Below, piece by piece: positions 52,092-64,000 of a stretch of DNA of 64,000 bases. The first letter of the stretch is position 1. Each line of letters opens with the position of its first letter. Origin of the DNA: Mobula hypostoma. Lineage: Eukaryota. The stretch is from the NCBI RefSeq assembly GCF_963921235.1, contig NC_086098.1, positions 8,804,001-8,868,000 of the forward strand, written 5' to 3'. The notes below the pieces were generated by a model that had not been told where the DNA came from, ran no database searches, and saw nothing but the letters and a program-made list of their open reading frames with translations. Made by a program: the position numbers and the translations under genes.

Positions 52092-53050
52092 TCGTATTCA
52101 TAGTCATACTTTATTGATCCCAGGGGAAATTGGTTTTCGTTACAGTTGCACCATAATAATAAATAATTAGAAATAATAAATAATAGAACCTTAAATAGTT
52201 AAATAGTAGTATGTAATTTATGCCAGTAAATTATGAAATAAGTCCAGGACCAGCCTATTGGCTCAGGGTGTCTGACCCTCCAAGGGAGAAGTTGTAAAGT
52301 TTGACGGCCACAGGCAGGAATGACTTCCTATGATGCTCTGTGCTGCATCTCACTGGAATGAGTCTCTGGCTGAATGTAATCCTGTGCCCAACCAGTACAT
52401 TATGTAGTGGATGGGAGACATTGTCCAAGATGGCATGCAACTTGGATAGCATCCTCTTTTCAGACACCACCGTCAGAAAGTCCAGTTCCATCCCCACAAC
52501 ATCACTGGCCTTACGAATGAGTTTGTTGATTCTGTTGGTGTCTTCTACCCTCAGCCTGCTGCCCCAGCACACAACAGCAAACATGATAGCACTGGCTACT
52601 ACAGACTCGTAGAACATCCTCAGTATTGTCCGGCAGATGTTAAAGGACCTCAGTCTCCTCAGGAAGTAGAGGCGGCTCTGACCTTTCTTGTAGACAGCCT
52701 CAGTATTCCTTGACCAGTCCAGTTTATTGTCAATTCGTATCCCCAGGTATTTGTAATCCTCCACCATGTCCACACTGACCCCTGGATGGAAACAGGGGTC
52801 GCCGGTACCTTAGCTCTCCTCAGGTCTACCACCAGCTCCTTAGTCTTTTTCACATTAAGCTGCAGATAATTCTGCTCACACCATGTGACAAAGTTTCCTA
52901 CTATAGCCCTGTACTCAGTCTCACCTCCCTTGCTGATGCATCCAACTATGGCAGAGTCATCCGAAAACTTCTGAAGATGACAAGACTGTGTAGTAGTTGA
53001 AGTCTGAGGTGTAAATGGTGAAGAGAAAGGGAGACAAGACAGTCCCCTGT
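52092..53050 (-). mobile_element. Rex1/Babar LINE 3' fragment
   Basis: ORFs 52659-53060 (LQKFSDDSAIVG) and 52255-52773; tatgac tail. Confidence 0.9.
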
Positions 53051-53289
53051 CTTGCACCATGTATCATTGAATCCACTAATCACAAGCTGAAAAGTAGCAC
53101 TGGCAAATATCCACACTGGCAGAGTGTGGGTCCCAAGGGATTCAAGGGGAATAAAGATAACTGCTAATGAATTAAAAATGTAGCTGGAATTGGATATCAA
53201 CACAGTACATTAGGCCCCAACAGATGGTATGTTGGTGCAACAGAACGCAGCTGAAAATAATTTGGAAAATGTGTAGCTCATGTGGTTGA

Positions 53290-53700
53290 AGGGTGGGTTG
53301 AGCTGTTCTCCAATCTTGGCAACTTACTTGCAAACGTTTCGTCACCATGGCAGGAGACATCATCAGTGCGCTGTTACTTGTGGTGTGTCCTCCGAATGCT
53401 TGGCCTTTATATACTTCTCAATCAGCTGAGTGCCTGTCATTTGTGATGTGGGGAGGAAATCTTGTCACTGATTGGCTGCGTGGCAAAACATCGTGCGAGT
53501 GATCTGGAATTTTGCCTGCATCGGCTTATAAATAGGATCGAGATCTACATGTTTGTTTACAGAATTGTTCATGAAAAACCACACTTCTAGGAATTCTCCT
53601 GCATGCCATGTGTTTGCTTGGCGCTGTGACTTTCACTGATGCCCAGTTGAATTGTGCCCCTCTCAATCTTCATGGGTGGAGACTAGGGAGAACTTAGCTC
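53290..53700 (-). mobile_element. Penelope-like element 3' end (ORF C-terminus plus terminal repeat)
   Basis: Decayed minus-strand peptide SLVSTHED*EGH..FNWASVKV..QANTWHAGEFLEVWFFMNNSVNKHVDLDPIYKPM, resembling the tail of Penelope GIY-YIG domains, followed by a hammerhead motif. Confidence 0.75.
53329..53369 (-). ncRNA. Minimal type I hammerhead ribozyme motif
   Basis: GCA-CTGATGA-t-GTCtCC(tgccat)GGtGAC-GAAA-cg-TT-TGC: intact core, stem II, short stem I, palindromic AACGTT in place of stem III. Confidence 0.7.
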
Positions 53701-54385
53701 TTACACATGGTATAAAACAACCGAAAATACAGAAAGTGCACAGATCTGAGTTATGAAGAAAGGTTTTTGGTATGAGATATTAACTGTTTCTTTTCCTACA
53801 AGTGTGACCTGAACTACAGAGCATTTCTGGCATATTCTGCTTTTATTTTAGGTGTCCGGATTTTTGATTTCAGACTTTGATCTTCAATATCGACCCTAGG
53901 ACTCGCCAATGTTGGGATCCTGAATAACAGGCCTCCAACTCTGGACTCAATTGATGATAGGACTCTGATCTCCAGCACACAAACTCCAGACTCAGTGAAG
54001 GCACCCCAAATGCTAGGCTCCAAAGAATAAGTGCTTGTATCAGCAGATGTTTCTAAGTGTCAGTCCTACTCCATAACAACAAGAAATACGGATGCGTTTC
54101 ATTCCTTTGGCACTTGACTGAACTTTCACGCTCCTTAAATCTACACATTTGCAGAGAAGTCATTTTTTTTGGTAAGATAAAGTTATAATGCTTTACTGAA
54201 ATGACAAGGTGAAATAACAAGCTGAAAAAAGCGAGGATTGACCGATGTTGGCAATTCAAATAATCTGGAAAGCAATCTTAATTAAGCAGTTAATAATTCC
54301 TACTTTTGCAGTGATCCAGATATAAAAGTGGCCTGATTGAGTATAAAATAATCATAATTACTGTAGAAATGATGTATACAACTAT

Positions 54386-54404
54386 TAGCCAGTAGATGGC
54401 AGTG
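54386..54404 (+). promoter_or_regulatory. CTCF-like binding motif
   Basis: tagCCAGTAGATGGCAGtg fits the CTCF core consensus and lies in non-repetitive DNA. Confidence 0.55.
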
Positions 54405-54880
54405 TCTTCTTCTGACATTTGATGGAAGCAATCCATTTCTTGGAAGCCTTTTAAACTTCAGAAAAAATACAGACTAAAATTATAAGAAACTTCAACATGA
54501 AAATGCTTTTTGGTCCCTCAAGGTTGCTTTGTCATTCAAGGTTCATGAGCTCTCCCACGAGGGCATAGATAGAATAGGTAGCCGGCATCTTCTTCCCAGT
54601 GTGGAAATTACGGGAGGACATAATTTTAAGGTGATTTGAGGAAACTATAGCGGAGATGTCAGAGGTAAGTTTTTACACAGAGAATAGCGGGTGCATGGAG
54701 CGATCTACCAAGATACAGGCAGATACATTACAGACATTTACGAGACTCTTAGGTAGGTACATGGATGAAAAAAAGATGGTGGGGATAAATGTGAGGGAAG
54801 GGTTAAATTAATCTTGGAGTAGGTTAAAAGGCTAGCACAACATGTAGGGCCTGTACTGTGCTGTAGTGTTCTCTGTTCCA

Positions 54881-55404
54881 CACTTAATTAGCCACTTTAT
54901 TAGGTTCAAGAGTGGAACCAAAGTGGTCTTCTCCTGAAGCCCATCCACTTCAAGGTTTGACATGCTGTGCATTCAGAGATACTCTTCTGCACACCACTGT
55001 TGTAACATGTAGTTATTTGAATTAGTATCATCTTCCTGAACCAGTCAACCACTCCCCTCTGACGTCCCTCATTAACAAGGTATTTTCGCCCACAAAGCTG
55101 GATTTTTTTTTGTTTTTCATGCCATTCTCTCTAAACTCTGGGGACTGTTGAGCATAAAAATTCCCAAGAGATCAGCAGTTTCTGAGATACTTCAGCCACT
55201 GTCTGTCACCAATAAGCATTTCACTGTCAAAATCACTTAGGTGACATTTCTTCCCCACTCTGATGTTTGTCTGAGCAACAACCAAACCTCCTGACTGTGT
55301 CTGCGTGCTTTTATGCATTGAGTTGCTGCCACGTGTTTGGCTGATTAGATATCTGCGTTAACGAGCAGGTGTACAAGCGTACCTAATAAAGTGGCCACTG
55401 GGTG
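54881..55404 (-). mobile_element. Tc1 internal-deletion derivative (N-terminal HTH remnant)
   Basis: TIRs gccactttattagg / cctaataaagtggccactg, TA at 55405; homologous to 61796-63726. Confidence 0.8.
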
Positions 55405-57496
55405 TATGTTGTGTGATCATTAACCCTTGATTCCCCAGTCCTTGATTAGATTCAAAGATGCCCCTTCTTGAGGCCAGGAATTCCAATTGGTTCCTCATCT
55501 CAGTCTTACATGGGTATCCTCTTATTATGAAACTACGTTGTGCTCCTTGATCCTTAACACTTCCATACAGTCTCCCAGCATCTACCTTGTCCCGGACCAG
55601 TAGCTCCATTGGTGTGGTAGTAATTCTTCAGAGATGCTGGTGATATTTAGGTCCTCCTGTATACATTTGTTACTAACAGGGTGTTCATAGTGTCTTTTAC
55701 TGTAAAGACTTACACAAGAGGAAGTCAGTTGAACAGGCACCAGTCCCCAATAGAGACTCCGCAGTAGAAAGGATGACCAGTTTAACGTTCCCGGATATCA
55801 GCATCACCTCAAGGCTCAACAAAAACTTCTTCCCGATGGCGATCAGCTTCTTGAACAAAATACAACAATTTTTTTGTCTCTCTCAACTTGCCCTGGTAAT
55901 GCATTTGACCCAGTCCATCGCAGGTAAAGCCCTCCCCAACCACTGAGCACACCTACATAAGACACTGTCGTAGGAAAGCAGCATTCATCATCAGAGGTCC
56001 TCACCACCCATGCCATGCTCTTTTCTCACTGCTGCCATCAGGTAGAAAGGACAAGAGCCTCAGGACTCACACCACCATGTTCAGGAACAGTTACTACCCC
56101 TCAACCATCATTAAAAAGGCCATAGCTACACTCACTTGCCCCGTCATTGAAATATTCCCCCAACCAATGATCCCACTTTAAGGACTCTATCTCGTTATCT
56201 CATGTCATTGCCTATTATTTATATTTGCATTTGCACAGTTTGTTGTCTTCTGCACTCTGGTTGATCGTTCATCGATCCTGTTACTAGATTAGATTAGATT
56301 AGATTCAACTTCATTGTCATTGTGCCAAGTACAGATACAAAGCCAATGAAATGCATTATAGCTGCTATTCTATAGATTTGCTGTGTATAGCCACAGGAAA
56401 TGAATCTCAGGGTTGTATGTGGTGACATATACGTACTTTGATAATAAAATTTACTTTGAACTTCAAACTTTTCTGTAAGTTATGTTACAAGGGTTTCAAA
56501 GGTACGTTTAACGTCAAAGAATTGTATACAATATACATCCTGAAATTCTTTTTTCACAATGATCCACGAAAACAGAGGAGTGCCCCAAAGAACGAATGAC
56601 AGTTAAATGTTAGAACCCCAAAGTCCCCCACCCAGCTCCCCCCTCCCACACGAGCAGCAGCAAAGCAACGATCCCCCCTCCCCCACTTAATATTAACTCA
56701 AGTTTGTGCTGTCTGTAATGTACTGTTTTGCTGCTGAAAAAATAACTGATGTTCATGCTATTTAAATAAACTTGAACTGGGACATGCAAAATATCTGTTT
56801 AATTCCTGTGCAGAAAGGCAGAGGAATTAAGTTTGATAACTTGTATATTTTCTCACATGTATTCTCTAAGTAACTTAGACCTTTTTGATCTACTTAAAGA
56901 AAATAGTCAGATTTTATATTCTTGCCAGCTTCCCTTCATTATTCATTTTCTTTTTCTTGATTTTGTTTTAATTTCGTGGATTATAATTATTTTGCTAGTT
57001 TTTAGACCTGTCACCTTTTATGTTTTCTCCGTGGATGCAATACCCTCTGGAATTTCCTTGATTATCCACAGGTGGTTCTGCCCAAATCCTTTCTCTTCGT
57101 TTTTGCTGAGTCGTGAATGATATCCTTCAATGTCTTCCACTATCTGTTTATTGTTTTGCCTGCTAGTCTCTTTACCCAGTCCACTTCAGCAAAATCTCTG
57201 CTCATTCTTTTGTAATGCTGTTTGTTTAAGATTAATGCCATTGCTTAAAATCCAAATTTCTCACTACCAAACTGAGCGCTAAATAGAGCCATGCTGTGGA
57301 GATCCATTGGGATATTTGATTCTGAGATCATTTATTAAATCTGTCTCATTACACATTACCAGACTCAAAATAGCCTGGTCCCTGATTGCTTCTTACCACT
57401 TCGCTCATAAACATAACCCAAATACACTTCATGAATTCATTTGCAGGGTCACCATTTCCAATTCGATTAACCCATTCTGCAGGAAGATTAAAGGCA

Positions 57497-57620
57497 GAAA
57501 CACGAGAGATTCTACAGATGCTGGAAATCTTCAGCAGCGCACACAGAATGCAGGGGGAACTCAGCAGGTCAGGCAGCATCTGCGGACCATTAACCTTTCA
57601 GGCTGAGACCCCTCATCGGA
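57497..57620 (-). mobile_element. Penelope-derived hammerhead repeat, degenerate
   Basis: Minus strand ccgatgaggggtctcagcctgaaaggttaatgg plus family tail. Confidence 0.6.
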
Positions 57621-57870
57621 ATCAGGTTTAATATCACTGACATTGGTTGTGAAATTTGTTGGCTTGTGGCAGCAGTATATTTCAATCCATAATAATAAAC
57701 AACATGAATTTCAGTAAGTACAAATATTAAATAGTTAAAGTAAATATGAATAGTTGAAGTAAACAAGTAACGCAAAAATAAAAATAAAGAAGTAGTGAGG
57801 TTCAATGTCCATTCAGAAATCGCATGGCAGAGGACAAAGAGCTTTTCCTGAACCGTTGCATGTGAGCATG

Positions 57871-60758
57871 TCAATGCAAGGAGCATTCGTAATAAGGTGG
57901 ATGAATTGAAAGTGCAGATTGTTATTAATGATTATGATATAGTTGGGATCACAGAGACATGGCTCCAGGGTGACCAGGGATGGGAGCTCAACGTTCAGGG
58001 ATATTCAATATTCAGGAGGGATAGACACGAAGGAAGGGGAGGTGGGGTGGCGTTGCTGGTTAAAAAAGAGATTAACGCAATAGAAAGGAAGGACATAAGC
58101 CGGGAAGATGTGGAATCGATATGGGTAGAGCTGCGTAACACTAAGGGGCAGAAGACGCTGGTGGGAGTTGTGTACAGGCCACCTAACAGTAGTAGTGAGG
58201 TCGGAGATGGTATTAAACAGGAAATTAGAAATGTGTGCAATAAAGGAACAGCAGTTATAATGGGTGACTTCAATCTACATGTAGACTGGGTGAACCAAAT
58301 TGGTAAAGGTGCTGAGGAAGAGGATTTCTTGGAATGTATGCGGGATGGTTTTTTGAACCAACATGTCGAGGAACCGACTAGAGAGCAGGCTATTCTGGAC
58401 TGGGTTTTGAGCAATGAGGAAGGGTTAATTAGCGATCTTGTCGTGAGAGGCCCCTTGGGTAAGAGTGACCATAATATGGTGGAATTCTTCATTAACATGG
58501 AGAGTGACGTAGTTAATTCAGAAACAAAGGTTCTGAACTTAAAGAGGGGTAACTTTGAAGGTATGAGACATGAATTAGCTAAGATAGACTGGCAAATGAC
58601 ACTTCAAGGATTGACGGTGGATATGCAATGGCAGGCATTTAAAGGTTGCATGGATGAACTACAACAATTGTTCATCCCAGTTTGGCAAAAGAATAAATCA
58701 AGGAAGGTAGTGCACCCGTGGCTGACAAGAGAAATTAGGGATAGTATCAATTCCAAAGAAGTAGCATACAAATTAGCCAGAGAAAGTGGCTCACCTGAGG
58801 ACTGGGAGAAATTCAGAGTTCAGCAGAGGAGGACAAAGGGCTTAATTAGGAAGGGGAAAAAAGATTATGAGAGAAAACTGGCAGAGAACATAAAAACGGA
58901 CTGTAAAAGCTTTTATAGATATGTAAAAAGGAAAAGACTGATAAAGACAAATGTAGGTCCCCTGCAAACAGAAACAGGTGAATTGATTATGGGGAGCAAG
59001 GACATGGCAGACCAATTGAATAATTACTTTGGTTCTGTCTTCACTAAGGAGGACATAAATAATCTTCCAGAAATAGTAAGGGACAGAGGGTCCAGTGAGA
59101 TGGAGGAACTGAGCGAAATACATGTTAGTAGGGAAGTGGTGTTAGGTAAATTGAAGGGATTGAAGGCAGATAAATCCCCAGGGCCAGATGGTCTGCATCC
59201 CAGAGTGCTTAAGGAAGTGGCCCAAGAAATAGTGGATGCATTAGTGATAATTTTTCAAAACTCGTTAGATTCTGGACTAGTTCCTGAGGATTGGAGGGTG
59301 GCTAATGTAACCCCACTTTTTAAAAAAGGAGGGAGAGAGAAACCGGGGAATTATAGGCCGGTTAGCCTAACGTCGGTGGTGGGGAAACTGCTGGAGTCAG
59401 TTATCAAGGATGTGATAACAGCACATTTGGAAAGCGGTGAAATGATCGGACAAAGTCAGCATGGATTTGTGAAAGGAAAATCATGTCTGACGAATCTCAT
59501 AGAATTTTTTGAGGATGTAACTAGTAGAGTGGATAGGGGAGAACCAGTGGATGTGGTATATTTGGATTTTCAAAAGGCTTTTGACAAGGTCCCACATAGG
59601 AGATTAGTGTGCAAACTTAAAGCACACGGTATTGGGGGTAAGGTATTGGTGTGGGTGGAGAATTGGTTAGCAGACAGGAAGCAAAGAGTGGGAATAAACG
59701 GGACCTTTTCAGAATGGCAGGCGGTGACTAGTGGGGTACCGCAAGGCTCAGTGCTGGGACCCCAGTTGTTTACAATATATATTAATGACTTGGATGAGGG
59801 AATTAAATGCAGCATCTCCAAGTTTGCGGATGACACGAAGCTGGGTGGCAGTGTTAGCAGTGAGGAGGATGCTAAGAGGATGCAGGGTGACTTGGATAGG
59901 TTGGGTGAGTGGGCAAACTCATGGCAGATGCAATTTAATGTGGATAAATGTGAAGTTATCCACTTTGGTGGCAAAAATAGGAAAACAGATTATTATCTGA
60001 ATGGTGGCCGATTAGGAAAAGGGGAGGTGCAACGAGACCTGGGTGTCATTATACACCAGTCATTGAAAGTGGGCATGCAGGTACAGCAGGCGGTGAAAAA
60101 GGCGAACGGTATGCTGGCATTTATAGCGAGAGGATTCGAGTACAGGAGCAGGGAGGTACTACTGCAGTTGTACAAGGCCTTGGTGAGACCACACCTGGAG
60201 TATTGTGTGCAGTTTTGGTCCCCTAATCTGAGGAAAGACATCTTTGCCATAGAGGGAGTACAAAGAAGGTTCACCAGATTGATTCCTGGGATGGCAGGTC
60301 TTTCATATGAAGAAAGACTGGATGAACTGGGCTTGTACTCGTTGGAATTTAGAAGATTGAGGGGGGATCTGATTGAAACGTATAAGATCCTAAAGGGATT
60401 GGACAGGCTAGATGCAGGAAGATTGTTCCCGATGTTGGGGAGGTCTAGAACGAGGGGTCACAGTTTGAGGATAGAGGGGAAGCCTTTTAGGACCGAGGTT
60501 AGGAAAAACTTCTTCACACAGAGAGTGGTGAATCTGTGGAATTCTCTGCCACAGCAAACTGTTGAGGCCAGTTCATTAGCTATGTTTAAAAGGAAGTTAG
60601 ATATGGCCCTTGTGGCTACAGGGGTCAGGGGGTATGGAGGGAAGGCTGGGTTCTGAGTTGGATGATCAGCCATGATCATAATAAATGGCGGTGCAGGCTC
60701 GAAGGGCCGAATGGCCTACTCCTGCACCTATTTTCTATGTTTCTATGTTTCTATGTTT
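57871..60758 (+). mobile_element. Very young 5'-truncated CR1 with uninterrupted ORF2 (APE endonuclease + RT), 57897-60656
   Basis: 919-aa open frame preceded in frame by NARSIRNK; motifs ITETW, YRPP, GDFN, SDH, FADD; 3' UTR with (ttctatgt)3 tail; no ORF1. Confidence 0.97.
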
Positions 60759-60939
60759 CTGAACCTCCTCCCTGAGGGTAGCAACGAGAACAAGGCATGA
60801 CCTGGGTGATGGGAGTCCTTAATGACGGGTGCCGCCTTCAGGGCTAATGGTCGTATTCCTCTCCAGTGATGCTGCCTGAACTGCTGGGTTCCTCCAGCAT
60901 TTTGTGTGAAGATTAAAGGCATCCACGTTGGTAATAATG

Positions 60940-61371
60940 TTTGTAAATCTGATGGAAGCAGATATTGAGAATGGTAAGGGTGGAGTGCCACGGGAGGGGT
61001 GTTGGACAGGTGGCAGAGAGGGAGAACCAGGGTTGGTGAGGATGCAGATACACCCAGCCCCGAGACACCAGGAAAGGACATTTGATTCCAAATATTGATC
61101 ATTACAGAATGTCCCTCTGATGCCTCCCACTCCCTCCCCTCTCCCTTCCCATTTTCCCAATCATAATTCCCCTCTCCTCCCTGCCCCCTTCCCACTCCCA
61201 GTCCAAATTAGAGACCCCTATCAGAATCAGGTTTATCATCACTCACATATGTCGTGAAATTTGATTTTTTGCAGCGGTATTACACAGTGCAATACATAAA
61301 ATTACTAGAGTACTGTGCAAGAGTCTTAGACGCTATATATATTATGTGCTGAAAACTTTTGCTCAGTACTG
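60940..61371 (-). mobile_element. Partial second copy of the 19433-20082 composite element
   Basis: Mini-hairpin 61308-61371 (TA at 61372), then the same tail and G-rich/C-rich cargo in the same order. Confidence 0.7.
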
Positions 61372-61795
61372 TATGTCATATTAGCAGAGTTTGAAGATTC
61401 TTTTTAAAGGTTGCTTCAATAAAGCTGTTTATTCTTCAACTTTATGTTCAACAAAATTGGTCAACCTCAATTATGAAGCAATTTCAGTCAATAACTTCCA
61501 TTAAACTACAATTTCTGTACCACTTCTACATTACTCTTGTTCCCTTCTTACTTCCCCTCTCTATACTGGCCATCTCTCCTCTCCACTCTCAGTCCTGATG
61601 CAGGAAAACTCTCAAAAGCTCGTCAATTCCTTTCATCCCACAGATACTTCTTAACCTTCTAAGTTCCTCCAGCAGATTGTTGGTTGCCTCTGTTTCTGTA
61701 AGTATAATTAAAATCAAAATAGCTACAATGTACATTCAAGTCACTGGCAACTGGATCAAGAGAGATCTCTGGACTTCCTTTTAAGTCTAACACTG

Positions 61796-63726
61796 GGCAC
61801 AGCGGCCACTTTATTAGGTACCTCCTGAACCTAATAAAGTGCCTACTGAATGTATGTTCATGGTCCGTAGCCCATCCACTTCAAAGTTCGACGTGATGTT
61901 CTTCTGCACACCACTACTGTAATGCGTGGTTATTTGAGTTACTGTCACCTTCCTGTCAGCTTGAACGAGTCTGGTCATTCTCCTCCAACCTTTCTCGTTA
62001 ACAAGGCCTGCGAACAGTTCGAGCTAGCGTCGGAGGCCAGGGTCAACCGCACGAAGAGCGAAGCCATGCTCTTCGGCAACTGGCCCGACCGATCCAGCGT
62101 CCCCTTCACCATCAGGTCTGACCACGCGAAGGTGTTGGGGATCTGGTTCGGAGGGGCTGAGGCGTGCAACAAGAATTGGCAGGAGCGGACTGCCAAGGTG
62201 AAACAGAAACTGGGACTGTGGGGAGGGCTCTCCCTGTCAATAACGGGCAAGAACCTGGTCATCAGGTGTGAGGTGCTCTCAGGGCTGCTGTACTTGGCGC
62301 AGGTCTGGCCCATCCCCAGCTCCTACAGCTCGGAAATTACCCGGGCTGTCTTCAGATTTGTCTGGGGATCCAAGATGGAGCGGGTGAGATGGACCGTCAT
62401 GCACAAGTCCCTGGACACCGGGGGCAAGAATGTCCCCAATGTTGCCCTCAACCTGATGGCCAGCTTCGTATGTGGCTGCATCAGGTTGTGTGTAGAGCCC
62501 AGGTATGTGGGCACCAAGTACCACTATGTGCCCAGGTTCTACTTGTCGCCCTGGCTACGAAGGATGGGTCTGGCCCCACTCCCGCGCAACGCCCCAGTCA
62601 GCTGGTCGTTGCCGGCATACCTGTCCTACGTAGCAAAGTTCTTCCAGGAGAACGCCTTTGACCACAGGGCCATCAGGCAGTGGTCGGCACATAGTGTCCT
62701 GCAGGCACTGCAGGAGAAGGACGTGATGGACACAGTGGGGTGGTTCCCTGAGCAGACTGTCCAGTTCATCTGGCAAAATGCCTCATCGCCAGATCTCACC
62801 AACAGGCACCAAGACCTCGCCTGGCTGGCGGTGAGAGGGGCCCTCCCAGTCAGAGCCCTCCTGTACGCCTGGAACGTCGTCTCCGCACCCCACTGCCCAC
62901 GAGAGGACTGCAGTGAGGAGGAGTCTGTGACCCACCTCTTTGCACACTGCCAGTTTGCAAAGAGGGTGTGGAGGAGGATGGACGGACTAGTGTCACGTTT
63001 TATCCCCAGCAGCTGCGTAACAGAGGACTCTCTGATCTACGGGCTGTTCCCGGGGACGCACACGGAAACCAAAATCAGGTGCTGCTGGCAGATCATCAAC
63101 TCGGTGAAAGATGCTCTTTGGTCGGCCCGAAACTTGATGATCTACCAGCACATGGAGATGTCCGTGGGAGAATGCTGCCGACTTGCACATTCTCGGCTGC
63201 AGGAGTACGTGCTGAGGGACGCACTGAATCTCAGTGCAGCACCGCAAGGGCCCGGTGGGGAAGGACCACAGTATAGGTTTCTCCACCCGCGGGAGTGGGA
63301 GGGGTTGGTGGGCGGGGAGTATACCCCTCAACAATGATATGCTGAGCTGAACTACTGGAGTGCCACATGGGTGGTTATAAATACTTTTTTTATTTTCTCA
63401 CACAGAACTGCAGCTCACTAGATTTGTTTTTTGTTTTGTTTTTCACATCTTACTCTGTAAACTCGAGATTATTGTTTGTGAAAATCCCAAGTGCTCAGCA
63501 GTTTCTGAGATACTCAAACCACCCCTCCGGCACCAATCATTCCATGGTCAAAATCACTTAGTTCACATTTCTTCCCCAGTCCGATGTTTGATCTGAACAA
63601 CAACAGAACCTCTTGACCATATCTGCATGCTTTTATGCATCGAGTTTCTGCCACATGATTGGCTGATGAGAGATTTGCATTAATGAGCAGGTGTACAGGT
63701 GTACCTAATAAAGTGGCCACTGAGCG
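61796..63726 (-). mobile_element. Tc1 deletion derivative with a hairpin (double-TIR) end, split by a Tx1-like LINE
   Basis: TIR gtacctaataaagtggccactgag near 63701-63724; GKKCELSDFDHGMI remnant; other end gccactttattaggtac-ctcct-gaacctaataaagtg (about 61796-61852). Confidence 0.8.
62008..63391 (+). mobile_element. Tx1-like (L1 clade) LINE ORF2 3' half, 5'-truncated
   Basis: FELASEARVNRTKS, KVLGIWF, LSITGKNLVI, GGKNVPN, WLAVRGALPV and CCHC knuckle CPREDC...HLFAHC; visibly GC-richer than flanks. Confidence 0.88.
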
Positions 63727-64000
63727 CAGATTTATTTAGTAACATTGATAGTTACAGAAGTTAAGATTGGATTTTGTGTGATGAATTGTTCAGGTGCTCT
63801 GAAATCTGATGGCTGATTTGCCAGTAACCACAGAATGAACAACTCTCAGACTTTCCCCTCGCCCATTTCTTCAATAAAATCCTCATTCCCTCTCACACAG
63901 TCGTAGATAAACTTTGCTCTCTGCTCCTTTTCCATCTAGTATCTTGTTATTCTAATTGTTCTAACCACTCACTCCTATCTCACCCTGACCAGTGTAATCA

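Noticed and set aside
53860..54020. Loose ggactc periodicity
   Set aside because: Too degenerate to define a repeat unit.
59570..60679. Recurrent ORFs [31 protein letters not shown] as a gene family
   Set aside because: They are antisense frames of repeated CR1 copies.
61922..63337. 471-aa host gene
   Set aside because: First ~29 codons come from the Tc1 derivative; the rest is truncated Tx1-like ORF2 lacking the RT core.

Overview
AT-rich, retroelement-saturated vertebrate genomic DNA. The repeat mix (abundant CR1 LINEs, V-domain SINEs, Rex1, RTE-derived and Penelope-derived repeats) points to a cartilaginous fish, probably a ray; this is an inference. The only host gene I can support is the 3' end of MAP3K7 (TAK1) on the + strand: three coding exons (5939-6000, 6859-6974, 13941-14121) and a probable ~3.5 kb 3' UTR containing a Charlie-type hAT element. 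The rest is intron or intergenic DNA filled with nested mobile elements: a very young CR1 subfamily (7 copies, one with an uninterrupted ORF2), a near-complete DD34E Tc1, Rex1, L2, RTE and Tx1 fragments, and a 36-37 bp minisatellite split by a CR1 block. Most interesting observations: (i) dispersed Penelope-derived repeats carrying minimal hammerhead ribozyme motifs, one split by a CR1 inserted in the catalytic core; (ii) ~65-70 bp palindromic double-TIR mini-hairpins that appear to act as portable ends of composite non-autonomous DNA transposons; (iii) several TSD-resolved nested insertions; (iv) a preserved exon-skipping C-terminal frame of TAK1; (v) a strong CTCF-like site. All alignments were done by eye and repeat boundaries without a TSD are approximate.
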